NCBI RefSeq assembly: GCF_004010195.1
Contig: NC_057750.1
Coordinates: forward strand, 1,250,808 to 1,314,807
DNA from: Chiloscyllium plagiosum
Lineage: Eukaryota
Length of the DNA stretch: 64,000 nt
Direction of reading: 5' to 3'
The notes under the pieces are model-generated. The model searched no databases and was not told where the DNA came from. It saw only the letters and a list, made by a program, of their open reading frames with translations. Below, one piece after another: positions 50,675-63,754 of the stretch (within the stretch, counting starts at the first letter, position 1; the number at the start of each line of letters is the position of its first letter). Made by a program: the position numbers and the translations under genes.

Positions 50675-51965
50675 AACTCATTCAGGAGATGTTGACATTG
50701 TTGGCTGGGCCAGCATTTGTTTCCCATCCCTAGTTGCCCCTTGAGAAGGTGGGGCTGAGCTGTCTACTTGAATTGCTGCAGTCCCTGTGCTGTACGTACA
50801 CAGTGCCCTTAGGGAGAGAATTCCAGGATTCTGACCCAGCGACACTGAAGGAACGGCAATATATTTCCAAGTCAGGATGGTGAGAGGCTTGGAGGGGAGC
50901 TTGCAGAGGATGGTTTTCCTTTGTTTCCGCTGCCCTTGTCCGTCCAGATGGAAGTGGGCGTGTTTTAGAAGGCGAAGTCTGAGAAGGCTTGATGAATTTC
51001 TGTTGTGCATCTTTTACATGGTAGATACTGCTGCTACTGGGTGTCAATGGTGGAGGGAGGGGATGTTGGTGGATTTGGTGCCAATCAAGCGGGGACTGCT
51101 TTGTCCTGGGTGGTGTCAAGTTTCTTGAGTGTTGTTGGAGCTGCCCCCATTCAGGGTAAGTGGGGAGTATTCCCTCACACTCCTGACTTGTGCCTTGGAG
51201 ATGGTGAACAGGGAGTTAGGAGGGGAGTTACTCACCGCAGTATTCCTAGAGTCTGGCCTGCTTTTATAACCACTATATTTATTTGGTGAGTCCAGTTTAG
51301 TTTCTGGTCAATGTTAATCCCTAAAATGTTCATAGTGGGGGATTCTGCAATTATACTGCCATTGAATATCAAGGGTCAATATTTTTAGATTCGATTTTGC
51401 TGGAGATGATCATTGCCTGAGAGCTGTATGACATAAATGTTACTTGCCACTTGTAGCTCAAGCCTAGACATTGTCCAGATCTTGCTGTGTTTGAACATAG
51501 ACTGCTTCAGTGTCTGAGAAGTTGTGAATGGTGCTGAACATTGTGCTATCATCAGCGAACATCCCCACTTCTGACCTTATGATGGACGGAAGGTCAATAA
51601 TGAAGCAGCTGAAGATGGTTAGGTCAAGGACACTCCCCTGAGGAATTAGGGTTCCTTGTCATGCAGTGGTCATGTCTGTATCTCTGAGCCAGGGGGCCTA
51701 GGTTGAAGTGTTGTGTGATATCATAATATGTCTGAAGATGCAAATTAGAAAATATCTTCCCTGAGGAATTCCTTTCATTATGTTTTGGGATTGAGATGAT
51801 GGACTTCCAAAAACCATAACTACTTTCCTTCGTGGCAAGTCTGACTCTAACCAGCATAGCGTTATCCACCTGCACCCCCATGGTTTTGCTAGGGGCTGCT
51901 TGGTGTCACACTCGGTCAAATGTGCCTTGGATGTCGATGGTAGTGACCCTCCCCTTACTCCGAAA
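50675..51965 (-). mobile_element. LINE family B, 3' about 1.3 kb, disrupted
   Basis: Includes the RT region (reverse of ggacactcccctgagg) through to the tail. Confidence 0.88.
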
Positions 51966-52377
51966 TTCCTGTTTAAACCAAGGAACGGTCAGGAATACTT
52001 ATTAACAGCCCAGCTCACTGAATGATAATCTTGGCACAGATTCGTTGACCAAAATCAGAAAACACATCAGTTCCCAAACCCAATTATGTGTCTGACCCAT
52101 GTCCCTGGTGGAGAAGGCTTGTTCCTCCAAGTTCTGAGGAGTACAAACCCCTTCACCTTCTTGGCCTCTTCTTAAAAAGATTGTGTAAACCCTTACAGTG
52201 TTACAGGTGAAGCCTGACCCAGTCGAACAGCCTGCCAAAGTTAGCAAACCTGAGCAGAGGCAGTGGGGGCTGAACCCAAAGTGGGGCTCAATACTGAGAG
52301 GGCCATCCTTTGCAGGGGTGTCCCTGTCTCTTACCAAGCTTTTGGTGAAAAGCAACCAGGTGTTTCCATTCTCCTTA

Positions 52378-52615
52378 GGTGGATTGGCCAGGTTAAAGTG
52401 CCCATAGTGTCCAGGGATGTGCAGGTTAGGGTGGATTGACCAGGCTAAACTGCCCATAGTGTCCAGGGATGTGCAGGTCAGGGTGGATTGGCGATGGGGA
52501 ATGCAAGGTCACTGGGATAGAGTAAGGGGGTGGGTCTGGGTGGGAAGCTCTCTGGAGGGTCCGTGTGGATTTGATGGGCTGAATGGCCTGCTTCCACACT
52601 GTAGGGATTGTATGA
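52378..52615 (+). mobile_element. HE1 3' part with an extra internal repeat
   Basis: Unit ggtggattg..gatgtgcagg (about 52 bp) repeated, then tail. Confidence 0.85.
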
Positions 52616-53084
52616 TTTGAAGTACTGGGTGTGGCAACAGATCAATGGGGTGCTGGTCTCTGAGCTGCCGGCTGGTGTTGCTCCTTTGATGTTCGAAGTG
52701 TGATGAATGTTTTGAGAGAGCAGTGCCACTGAATGCTAGCAGTGTGACATCAGTCACTGCAATGAGATGACACATATTAGTTCCTCTTGAGGTAACTGCT
52801 GGAGATGCCTGGAGTCCAGGGTTCTGTGTGACAGTCCTGTGCAGTGGTACCATACGATGTTAGTTTACACTCCTAAGGGCATTAAACAATCAATGAGGGC
52901 AGCCACCCAGCATCCATTCCCTGGAGCACTGCAGCCAGGATCTCTGATTGGCACTGACTTCTGCAGCCACTTCAGTCCAGGTCACATTCATCAGTCAGAA
53001 TGGCATCTTGTTGCCATCCATCAGGACAAGGATCTCCCTTCTCTCTGGGACAGCTTTCAGGACAGTCTCTAGGGAGATACAGCC

Positions 53085-53755
53085 ATAGAGTCATACAGCA
53101 CGGAAACAGACCCTTCGGCCCAACCAGTCCATGCCGACCATAATCCCAAACTAAACTGGTCCCACCTTGCGCTTGGCCCATTTCCCTCCAAACCTTTCCT
53201 ACCCATGTCCTTATCCAAATGTCTTTTAAACATTGTAACTGTGAACACATCTACCACTTCCTCAGGAAGTTCATTCCTCACACAAGCCACTTTCTGTTTA
53301 AAAACGTTGCCCATGTCTTTTTCAAATCCTTTTCCTCTCACCTTAAAAATATGCCTCCTCATCTGGAAATCTCCTAGCCAGGAGAAAAGACACCTGCCAT
53401 TCACCTTATCGATACCCCTCATGATTTTATAAATATCTATAAGGTCACCCCTCAACCTCCTATGCTTCAGTGAAAAATGTCCCAGCCTATCTAACCTTTC
53501 TTTATAACTCAAACTCTCCAATCCTGGTAACATCCTGGGAAATCTCTTCTGAGCCCTCTGCAGCTTAATAATATCCTTCCTGTAACACGGGTGACCGTAA
53601 CTGCACACAGTACTACAGAAGAGGCCTCACCAACATCCTGTACAACCTCAATACGACATTCCAACTCCGATACTCAGAGGTCTGAGCAATGAAGACATGT
53701 GTGCTAAATTCCATCTTAACCACCCTGTCTACATGTGATGCAAACTTCAAAGAAT
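53085..53755 (-). mobile_element. CR1/HER1 3' fragment
   Basis: ORF 53069..53608 is a CR1 C-terminus. Confidence 0.92.
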
Positions 53756-55129
53756 TATTATGATTTTATTATTATGTTTTAAGGTGTGGCACCATTTGTT
53801 GCAGGGTCTCTGACATCTCCAGGGCTGACTCGGGGATGGGGAACGTTGTTGCTGCCAGGTTGGAGGGATTGAGATGCTGTCTGAGTGTCCATTTAACCAC
53901 GATGCCCGAATGTTAGAATCTGAGAAATCTAAGTAGAGTGTAGAATGTTATGCCCATTGTGCAAACACCTACAGGGTTCACGAGGAATCACTGATGAATC
54001 TCCTCATTCGGTCTCAGTGAATAACAGACAATGGCCTGGCCATGAGCTGGAACTCATCACCTGAGCCCTTTATCAAATAGACCCAGAGAGATCCCTTGTG
54101 GAACACTAGCAGTGTCCCTGCTCCTAGATTAGGAGGGCTGGGTTCAAGTCCCACTTGCGTCAGAGGTGTGTGGTAATATCTCTCTGAACAGCCTAATTAG
54201 TAAATAAAGCAAACACAGAGTCGGGTCTGTCCCAGGCTAGGAACCTATATACACTGCAGTTAGTGGCTGTATTTTGGTGTTCACCAATAAATGACATTCC
54301 TTTCCAATCAGGTATCTTCCATTATTACACCCATAAGCATTTGCACACAGAATGAGCTGAGAAGAATCTCACTGTGTGATCCATGCTGTATAACTGAAAG
54401 GTCTACCACACTGGGGCTGAATATGTGCAGAGTTAGGAATATCTGGGTATAAGGTACTGGAAGTGAGAGATATTATTCTCCCGGGTCGATGCTGTAATAG
54501 AAGGATTGGGAATAGAGGAGAGGACGACAAACAAAAAACAGGTACACCGAGCTCTCTTGAATTCACTTTCAATAAAACCATTTACTGAGGCTCAGATTTG
54601 CAGAGTGAAATCCCCAGTCAATAGTTCAGTAATGGTTCCCTCTGAGCTGCGTACTAGTGTGAACCATCCCTCCCCCAGTCATCCTTGACATTTATTTCTG
54701 GTTTCACTTACAATCTGTGTGAGACTGATGTAAGTCCTTCAAAATTTGTAATCTAACTAATGGAGCTTATGCTGCAATCGAGCCATCACTCTCTGTCTCC
54801 AAACCCACAGTTACTGTGTCTGGTACACACGCTGTCTAACCAATAAAATCTTCAGTCTCAATCCTTTCCCCACTCCCCCCTACTCTGATATATACCCAAC
54901 AGTACACTCCTTCTCCAGACCCCATCCACACACTCCCCCCAGTGCCACAACTTCCCAAAGGCATTCTTGGCCCCTATCCCCCAACCATGGTTTTGTGGTG
55001 AATGTAATACTGCCAGTGTACTGGGAATCCAGAAGCGTGGATTAATGTCCTATCAACAGGATTTAAAAACCAATCACAGCAACTGAGCAAACCCAAAATT
55101 CAATCATTTAACAGATCAAGAATAAAATG

Positions 55130-55318
55130 GACAACATGGTGGCTCAGTGGTTAGCACTGCTGCCTCACAACCATGCTAAATTGTCCAGAGATATGTAGGA
55201 TTAGCCATGGGAATGCAGAGTTTCAGGGATAGGGTAAGGGACTCTGAGTGGGATGTTCTTTGGAAGGTCAGTGCAGACTCAATGTGCTGAACAGTTTCTT
55301 TCTGCACTGTAGGGATCT
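55130..55318 (+). mobile_element. Internally deleted HE1 SINE
   Basis: A-box head joined directly to the 3' part. Confidence 0.75.
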
Positions 55319-55451
55319 GATGATTTGTTTGTGAATTGCAATCTTTTGGGAGACAGAAAATACAGCAGCTAGTTTACATACACCCCACTAACCTCAGTAG
55401 CTACAAAGTGGTAATGACTCAGATCATTTGGTTTTTAGCGATGGTTTTTAG

Positions 55452-55670
55452 TTCAGGGTCAATATTGGCCAGAAGACCAGTGAGAATTCCCTTGTTCTCT
55501 GCCATGTTATCTCACAGGGCTTTTTACATCCACCTGAAATGGTAGACAGGGATTTGGGTTTAACATTGCATCTCAAAGTCAGTATTTCTGGCAGTGTAGC
55601 ACTCCCCCAGTACTGCACTGCAGCATCAGGTATCGGAGCCACGTCCCTGTGACCCAGACAGTGCTATCCA
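55452..55670 (-). mobile_element. Deu-domain SINE (SacSINE1/AmnSINE1-like), old
   Basis: Minus strand reads cagtgcagtactgggggagtgctacactg...gttaaacc...caggtggatgtaaaa...ctggccaatatt, resembling the Deu core as I recall it. Confidence 0.7.
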
Positions 55671-56504
55671 CTCATTCACCCAGTTCACTGCCTTGTGCAG
55701 CCTGCAATGTGCGAGCTTCTGTAAAACCGACCTAATGGCACAAGTCTAAATGGTTCTCGAATCCACGGCGCCCCAGGACACTGTGAATATCTGGGTGGAT
55801 CCAAAGATATGACACTTGCTCACCTTTTCAATTGAATATCTCACTGTGCCGAAAGCAAGATCATGTTTGTTTGAAACTTGTTTTGAAGGATAAACATGAT
55901 TATTCTGCCAGGTGCAGGGATTTCAAAACACTGTTGAAAAGGTCACCTTTTCTTTTAATTATAGTTTATACTGAGGCAACACTATGGTTTAATCAAAGGT
56001 CTGGCTGACTATGTTCCAGAAGCCCTTTAAAGATCAAAAACAACCTGCATTCCACATCGCCCTGAGTATAAACACCCCAAAGTGCTTAACTGAAGCTACT
56101 ATTGGGCAACATTAGGCACCAAGGGATATAGGGGTGGACCCTCACTCAGTTAGGTGAGGTTGAAGGAAAATCTTAAAGAAAGAGTCAAACATTTGGGAAG
56201 GGAATTGAGAGCTCAGGTCTCAGGCAGCCGTCAGCATGACCAGCAACGGAAATTGGGAATATCCAGAATTATGCAAACACCAAAACTTCAGAAGGTTCGA
56301 TCACACGGAAAATTCCACCATCCGTGACCACTTCTTTTTTCCAGTGAATAATCATCTTCCCATTCTGTGCACGCAGTCTCAACATCAAATATCTGTCATT
56401 TATTATACTTCCTTCATCCTTGAATCCGAATCTTACAGCATTCTGTTTAGACACACAGGGTGTCACTTCCCGCAAGAGACTTATTTCTGTGAGATTACTA
56501 TTGC

Positions 56505-57920
56505 TAAAGCCACCAATATTGACTACAAACCCACTGACTCTCATAATTACCTGGTAATTACATCCTTACACCCTGCTTGCTGTAAAGACTCTATTCCATT
56601 CTCCCATTTGCTCTGTCTCCACTGTATCTGTTCTGATGATGCTACCTTTCTCAGATGGGCCTCAGAAATGATACCCCTTTTCCTCGACCAAGGATTCCCC
56701 AGCACCATGGTTCAGTGGGGCTTCAGCCCTGCCTGAGCCATCTCCTTTCTACCCTCACCCCTTTCATTCCCTCCCACAACAATGATAGAGCCAGCCCGCG
56801 GGTCCTCACCTACTAGCCCAGCAGCCTCCAAAGCATCATTAGCCACCACTTCCACCACCTCCAATGGAATGCCACCATCAGACACATATTCCTCTCCTTT
56901 CCCTTGTCAGCCTTCTGCAGGGACTGTTCTCTCTGGGATATTCTAGTCCATTGCCTACACCTCCCCACAGCCTCATGGCACCTTCTCCTATAACCCCAGA
57001 AGATGTAACTCCTGCCCATTTACATCCCCCTTCCTCCTTATCCAGGGGCCCAACACAACCTCCAGGTGAAACACTTCACTCAATCTCGTCTCCTCTACTC
57101 ACTGCTCACGATGTGTCCTCCTCAACACTGGAGAAAGGAAACACAGACTGGGCAATCACTTTGTGTAACACTTACATTCTGCAAAAAAGACCCTGAGCTT
57201 CGAGTTGCCTGCCACTTCAACACCCCACCCTGTTCCCTGGGGGTGGCACGGTGGCTCAGTGGTTAGCACTGCTGCCTCACAGCATCAGGGTCCCAGGTTC
57301 AATCCCAGCCTTGGGTGACTGTCTGTGTGGAGTTTATACATTCTCCCCGTGTCTGCGGGGGTTTGCTCCGGTTTCCTCCCACAGTCCAAAGATGTGCAGG
57401 TTAGGGTGGATTGGCCATGCTAAATTGTCCGTAGTGTTGGGTGCATTAGTTAGAGGGAAATGGGTCTGGGTGGGTTACTCTTCGAAGGGTTGGTGTGGAC
57501 TTGTTTGGCTGAAGGGCCTGTTTCCACACTGTAGGGAATCTCTGTCTCAGGCTGCCTGCAGTGCTCCAGCGAAGCTCAGCGCAGACCGGAAAAGGAACAT
57601 CTAATTTTCCACTTGAGGACCCTGCGGTCTTCTGGACTTAACTTTGAGTTCAATAATTTTCTGACCTGAACACATTCTTCCATGGCCTGCACCCACCCCC
57701 AAACCCCAGGCCGTGTCATCACATGGACTGCTCTCAACGCAGCCAACCCATTTTCACCCACACCTCAGTCCCCATCAGCAACTTTCCTTTCCATCCGATA
57801 TACCATCAATCCCTTTATCTGCCTAACTGTCTTGCTCTCTGAAATAACTGCATAGAGTTCTCCCTCTGGGCTCCATCTCAGCCTATCACTTACTCCGATA
57901 CCTCTCCCATCACCACCACT
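56505..57920 (+). mobile_element. Decayed Penelope-like element (RT C-terminus and GIY-YIG) split by an HE1 SINE
   Basis: YKPTDSHNYL..S.HPACCKDSIPFS.LL.L..ICSDD; VACHFN; IFHLRTLRSSGLNFEFNNF. Confidence 0.8.
57241..57540 (+). mobile_element. HE1 V-SINE nested in Penelope
   Basis: Complete head, V-domain and tail. Confidence 0.92.
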
Positions 57921-59146
57921 CCTCCACAAGAGCTGAACGCGATTCTCTGCCTTTTTTATGAAGATTAAAGGTGTCATCTCAGCTTTTATAGTCAGTGCAT
58001 CTATTTCTGAAGCCTGAGATCCAATATGCTTCACGAAACACTCTCTCACCATGTTCTGTCACCTTTGTAGATTGTAAACTTGTACCTTCCCAGGGTCTAT
58101 GCAATGTCCAGAGCTGGGTTGTTAAACCTACATTGCCTTTTGCTATTTACAGGCTTTTAAACCTTTGTTCTGAGTGGGCCACTTTCAAGCTCTGACCCAT
58201 TTCACCACATAATGTTGCAGATAATATTTTCCTTTTGAAAGAAACACTCTTCCCTTGGAAGTGTTTTGTGAAGTTTCTTATTCGTTCGTTGAAAAGAATG
58301 TTTTGAACTCAGAAGTCCTTTCCACACAAGAATCGCTCTAAATTACAGGGGCTGTTAGAAAAAGAAAATGCATGTATATAACGCCCTTCACAAGATTTGC
58401 CTCTGCAATTCGAATCATAAATCTATGACACAGCAGCAGGCCATTCAGCCCATTATACCTCTGCTGTCTATTTGAAACAGATACACTTTCCAATCCTTCA
58501 TAGCCCTGCAATTGTTCTCACTTAAATCTACTTCCTCAACCTTTCCAAAGAGGACAGTCCAGTTGTTTAAACATAATCCTTATCTCCCATTGACTTATTT
58601 GAGAATCATTGTAAATCCAGCGTCTCTGGTTACCTTCGCTGCTGGCAATGGGAACTGTTTCCCAAACCCTCCCTCGATTTTGAACAGTCACTCTCCCCTT
58701 AATCTCCACTGCTCTGAGAAAATGATGCCAGCTGCACCTCTATTAATGAACTCCTTTAGCCCTGTTGGCATGTTCCACTCATCCTTACCCACACTCTCTC
58801 CAGGGCCCAGACAACCTTCCCAAAAATGTGATGCCCCAAATTGGACACAATGCTTTGACTTTCTGTCATTAGTTTCTCTGTTTCTCAATGGAAGTATTCC
58901 ACGTGCCTTCTTAATAACCTTGTTCCATTACCTTCAAAGACTTGTGTGTGCCCAGGTTCCTTGGTATTTCAGTTCCTCCCCTTCCCAGTTTTTACCACTT
59001 GCCAGTTTACACCAGCTCCATACATTGTCCCTTCACTTAAAAATTGACACCTTCAGCTCAATCCTCCACGTTTTCCCGCTTTCTCATCTTCCCAGTCTAT
59101 CCATCTCCTTTTGAGGTTTGGCACAATTCTTCTTATGACATTCTTC

Positions 59147-59420
59147 AATTCCCGCCTCAGGCGACTGACTGTGTGGAGTTTGCACGTTCTCCCCGTGTCT
59201 GCATGGGTTTCCTCCGGGTGCTCTGGTTTCCTCCCACAATCCAAAGATGTGCAGGTCAGGTGAATTGGCCATGCTAAATTGCCCGTAGTGTTAGGTAAAG
59301 GGGTAAATGTAGGGGAATGGGTGCGTTGCGCTTCGGCGGGTCGGTGTGGACTTGTTGGGCCGAAGGGCCTGTTTCCACACTGTAAGTATTCTAATCTAAT
59401 CTAATCTAATCCAATCTAAT
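59147..59420 (+). mobile_element. Young 5'-truncated HE1 SINE with (ctaat)n tail
   Basis: CpG-rich V-domain and body; ctaat repeats at 59391-59420. Confidence 0.92.
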
Positions 59421-60371
59421 TTGACCTGCACTGTCTGCAGACTTGAAAGTTGATTTCTCTTTCCTCAAGTCCAGATCATCTTTATATAACAACAATGACC
59501 CTAAAACTGAACCCAATGTGATGTCCTTACTGTATTTGTTCCAGAGAGGAGAACATCCATTCAGTCCTCACCCTACCACCTATCCCTCATGCCTTAAGCT
59601 GGCTTGGGCATTCTCAGTTCCTGTATGACAGTGAAAGCCCAAGAAATCATTGATCAACTTCTGTTCCAAGTCAACTTGGGGCAAGTCCTGAAGGAGATTG
59701 TTTCACATCAAGGTTCTTGTTGAGTGAGGTGACACACCCAAAGAGATACAGATGTTGGAGATTGATGGTTTTAGAGACAGCAGATTGTAAACTGAGGCTT
59801 GTGTATTTTACGATCCTGATGTATCTGTGCAACATGACCAACTGAGGGGCCATTGGTTACAATCTTCCATCTTGGTTAATTGCAAAGTGCAGGAACCAAA
59901 GAGTTTTTCCATGTTTGAAAGCTCACATAGCAAGAGAGTTCTACGATCTGAGCTTGATAGTTAAATTGATGAACTTATCACATTCCTTTCACGAGATCAA
60001 TAATATTTGATGATTTGTTGAACAAACTCTCTCGGGACAGCTGAGATGCATTGAGCTTCACGTCGAAGTTGTTTTTATCGATCCCTGAAGATTGTGGACG
60101 CTGAGCTGCTTGCTCTCCTTCCATTTGTGCTCAAAGCCTCCTCTCTGTCAAGATTTACCATTTATACCATCAATGTTGACACAGGCTTGCAGATCAATTC
60201 AGTGCCATTCACACCTGAAGCAGAGATGCAATCCCACGCTGGATGAGAGAGTCAATCAAAGCTCCAGCTATACTCGGAGATGAAGTGAAAAGTCCCACCT
60301 TACTAGCCCCCAGCATCTGCAAAAACATTTATTACTTGTTAGCATCAAGATAAAATAGAATATCCAATGAC

Positions 60372-60542
60372 TACCACATTGTGGTGTGTGGGAGCTTGCT
60401 GTGCTCAGATTTGCTGCTCTATTTCCTTTAATTCAACGGTGTTGATGTTTCAATAAAGTAGTTAATCAACTGTAAAGCACTTTAGAACACACTGCGGTTA
60501 ACCCTAAGGTTACAACTGGCACTATAGAAGTGTACGTCTTTC
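60372..60542 (+). mobile_element. Deu-SINE/L2-type 3' tail remnant
   Basis: tgtgggagcttgctgtgc...ctgtaaagcacttt...ggcactatagaagtgtacgtcttt. Confidence 0.55.
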
Positions 60543-60604
60543 ATCTGTTAGGGTATACAGAAACTGATCAGAACCGGTGATACACCTTTCTCAATTATCA
60601 TGTG

Positions 60605-61070
60605 CATAGACTCATGCAATGTGGAAAGAGACCCTTCGGTCCAACCAGTCCATGCTGACCCATAATCCCAAACTAAACTAGTCCCACCTTCCTGCTGCTG
60701 GCACATATACATCCAAACCTTTCCTATCCGTGTACTTATCCAAATGTCTTTTAAACATTCTAACTGTATCCACTTCCTCTGGAAGTTCATTCCACACACA
60801 TATCACTGCCTGAGGACAAAAATTTGCCCCTCATGTCTTTTCTTAAATCTTTATGCATTCACCTTAAAAGTGTGACCCCCTGTCTTGAAGTCCCCCACTG
60901 TAGGGAAAAGACATCTGCAACTCACGTTATCCATGCCCCTCATGATTTTAAAAACCTCTATAAGGTCACCCCTCTAACCTCCAACACTCCAGTGAGAAAA
61001 GTCCCAGTTGATCCAACCTCTCCTTATAACTCAAACCCTCAATTCCATGAATCATCCCGGGAAATCTCTT
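60605..61070 (-). mobile_element. CR1/HER1 3' fragment
   Basis: Homologous to 53085-53540. Confidence 0.88.
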
Positions 61071-61419
61071 CTTTCAGTCTCAAGTAAGGCCTCAAACTTC
61101 TCAAAGTGTGTCACAGCAGGTGATGACCACTGTAGGAAAGTATAGAAACTCAGAAGCCAAAACATGTACAGCAGGATCCCACAAACAGAGGGATTGAATA
61201 TTAAGATGCCAGTCCTTATTGCAGTGCATGTTATTTCAAATACATCATTCCACAGGGCTCAGTATCTCCTCCAAACCAGATCCCCCAGGATCTTGCTTGG
61301 TCTCTTCCGTTGTACCATTGTTTCTTTCCTGACAGTACAACATGCTATGGATGACAAGAGCTCTGTATGTACATGTTTATGTACATGTTTATGTACATGT
61401 TTGTACATGTTTATATTTG

Positions 61420-63225
61420 TACAGGGAATGTGGGCATTCCTGAATAGGCCAGATTTATTTCCCGTTCCTAATTGCCCCATTGAGAAAGTGAGGGTGAGCT
61501 GCCTTCTTGAACCGCTGCAGTCCATGTGCTGTGGGTTGACCCACAATGCCCTTAGGGAGGGGGTTCCATGATTCTGACTCAGCCACACTAAAGGAACAGT
61601 GATATATTTCCAAGTCGGGATGGTGAGGGACTTGGAGGGGAACTTGAAAGGGGGTGGTGTTCCCATGTATCTGCTGCCCTTGTCCTTCTAGATGGAAGTG
61701 GTCGTGGGTTTGAAAGGTGCTGCCTGAGGATCCTTGGTGAGTTTCTGTCGTGCGTCTTGTAGATGGTACACACTGCTGCTACTGAGCATCAGTGATGAAG
61801 GAAGTGAATGTTTGTGGATATGGTGCCAATTGAGGGGGGGCTGCTTTGTCCTGGATGGTGATGAGCTTCTTGAGTGTTGTTGGAGCTGCCCCCATCCAGG
61901 GCAAGTGGGAGTATTCCATCACACTCCTGACTTGTGCCTTGTAGATAGTGGACAGGATTTGGGGAGACAAGGTTTGAGGTACTTGCTGCAGGATTCCCAA
62001 CCTCTAACCTGCTTTTGTTGCCATATTATACACTTGACTGGTCGAGCACAGTGTCTGGTCAATGGTAACCCCCAGGATGTTAATAATTCAGTGATGGTAA
62101 CACCATTGAATTTCAAGGGGTGAAGATTAGATTCTTTCTTGTTGGAGATGGTCATTTCCTAGCATTTGCTGCAGTTACACGTGGACCACTTCAGTATCTA
62201 AGGATTGGGAATGGTGCTGAGCATTGTGCAATTATTGGCGACCATCCCCACTTCTGACCTTATGATGGAGGGAAGGTCATTAATGGAGCAGCTGAAGGTG
62301 GTTGGACCTAGGACACTACCCTGAGGGACTCCTGCAGAGATGTCCTGGAGCTGAGATGACTGACCTCCAACAATCCCAACATCTTCCTGTGTACCAGGTA
62401 TGACTCCAACCAGTGGAGAGTTTGTCCCCTGGTACCCACTGATTCCAGTTTTCTCAGGGCTCCGTCATGCCCTGATGCTCAAATGAAGCCTTGATGTCAA
62501 GAGTCATCTCTCTCACCTCCCTTCTGGAAGTCACTCTTTTGTCCATGTTTGATTCAAGGCTGTAATGAGGTCAGGAGCTGAGTGGTCATGGGGGATCCCA
62601 AACTGGGTGTCACTGAGCAGGTTATTACTGAGCAGGTGCTGCTTGATAGCACTCTCTATTCGATTCTCCTGCTCCTCGGATGCTGCCTGACCTGTTGTGC
62701 TTTTCCAGAACCACTCTGATCTAAACTCTGGTTTCCAGCATCTGCAGTCCTCACTTTTGCCTAGCACTGTCGATGACCCCTTTCATCATTTTACTGATGA
62801 TGGAGATGGATTGATTGGGCAGTAATTGGACCGGTTGGATTTGTCAAGCTTTTTATGTATGGGACATACCTGGGCAATTTTCCACATTGTCAGGTAGATG
62901 TCAATGTTGTAACTGTACTGGAACAGCTTGGATAGGGGAGCGGCAAGTTCTGGAGCACAAGTCTTCAGTACAACTGTACAATGTGTCAGGACCTGTGGGC
63001 TTTGCAGTGAAGACTGGTATCTGTAAAGCTGGGGACCGCTAGAGGAAGCCAATCCACTCGGCATTTCTGGCTGAGGTTTCAGCCTCCTCTTTCACACTGA
63101 TGTGCTGGGTTCTTCCATTGGTGAGGTTGGGGAGCTTTCTGCAGCCCCCACCTGCTGTTAGTTGTTTAATTGTCTACCACCATTCCTGACTGGGCATGGT
63201 AGGGTTTCAGAGCTTGGTTGTGAGA
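61420..63225 (-). mobile_element. LINE family B, about 1.8 kb RT to 3' region, disrupted
   Basis: LKTCAPELAAPLSKLFQYSY..WKIAQVCPIHKK..NYCPI; LLSDTQFG..HSAPDLIT; GVPQGSVLGP; tail. Confidence 0.9.
62654..62761 (+). mobile_element. Penelope family 1 3' fragment inserted in LINE B, 7-bp TSD
   Basis: tagcact at 62647-62653 and 62762-62768; homology begins at tcgattctcc, next to the predicted ribozyme cleavage site. Confidence 0.8.
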
Positions 63226-63541
63226 TTATTAAGCTCAATCTGTTCCCAGGTATCCTGATATGTACAGAATTGCACCGGGTCACCAGGAGCTAGTCACTGA
63301 TGTTAAGAATGTGAGAGATTCAAGGGAGCGGTATCAAGAAATCAGTGCTCACATAAAGTTATGGCTGTGTTCCTGTGAATCAAGATTTTAAGTGAAATAA
63401 CTTTAAGTGTGATATTAATTCCCATAGGAATCAACACTCAAGCCAGGGTTAGGTTCCCACGGACATTGTTTTAAACCGTGAAGTAACCACGTTCAGGCTG
63501 AAGTACTGTGCCATTAATGTGCCGTACTCTGTACAGTATCA

Positions 63542-63754
63542 GAGCTGCAAATGTGTTGCTGGAAAAGCGCAGCAGGTCAGGCAGCATCCAAGGAACAGGA
63601 GAATCGACGTTTCGGGCATAAGCCCTTCTTCAGGAATCGGGCTTATGCCCGAAACGTCAATTCTCCTGTTCCTTGGATGCTGCCTGACCTGCTGCGCTTT
63701 TCCAGCAACACATTTTCAGCTCTGATCTCCAGCATCTGCAGTCCTCACTTCCTC
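63542..63754. mobile_element. Young palindromic Penelope family 1 mini-element with 15-bp TSD
   Basis: Near-perfect inverted arms; TSD ctctgtacagtatca at 63527-63541 and 63755-63769. Confidence 0.92.
63601..63638 (-). ncRNA. Minimal type I hammerhead ribozyme motif
   Basis: Minus strand reads gattc-CTGAAGA-A-GGGC-ttat-GCCC-GAAA-CGTC-gattc. Confidence 0.72.

Noticed and set aside
52378..52495. Novel tandem repeat
   Set aside because: Extra copy of a repeat already present inside the other HE1 copies
59640..60290. Unique-looking stretch with short protein-like minus-strand frames
   Set aside because: Frames are under about 60 aa and interrupted; cannot be assigned without a BLASTX search
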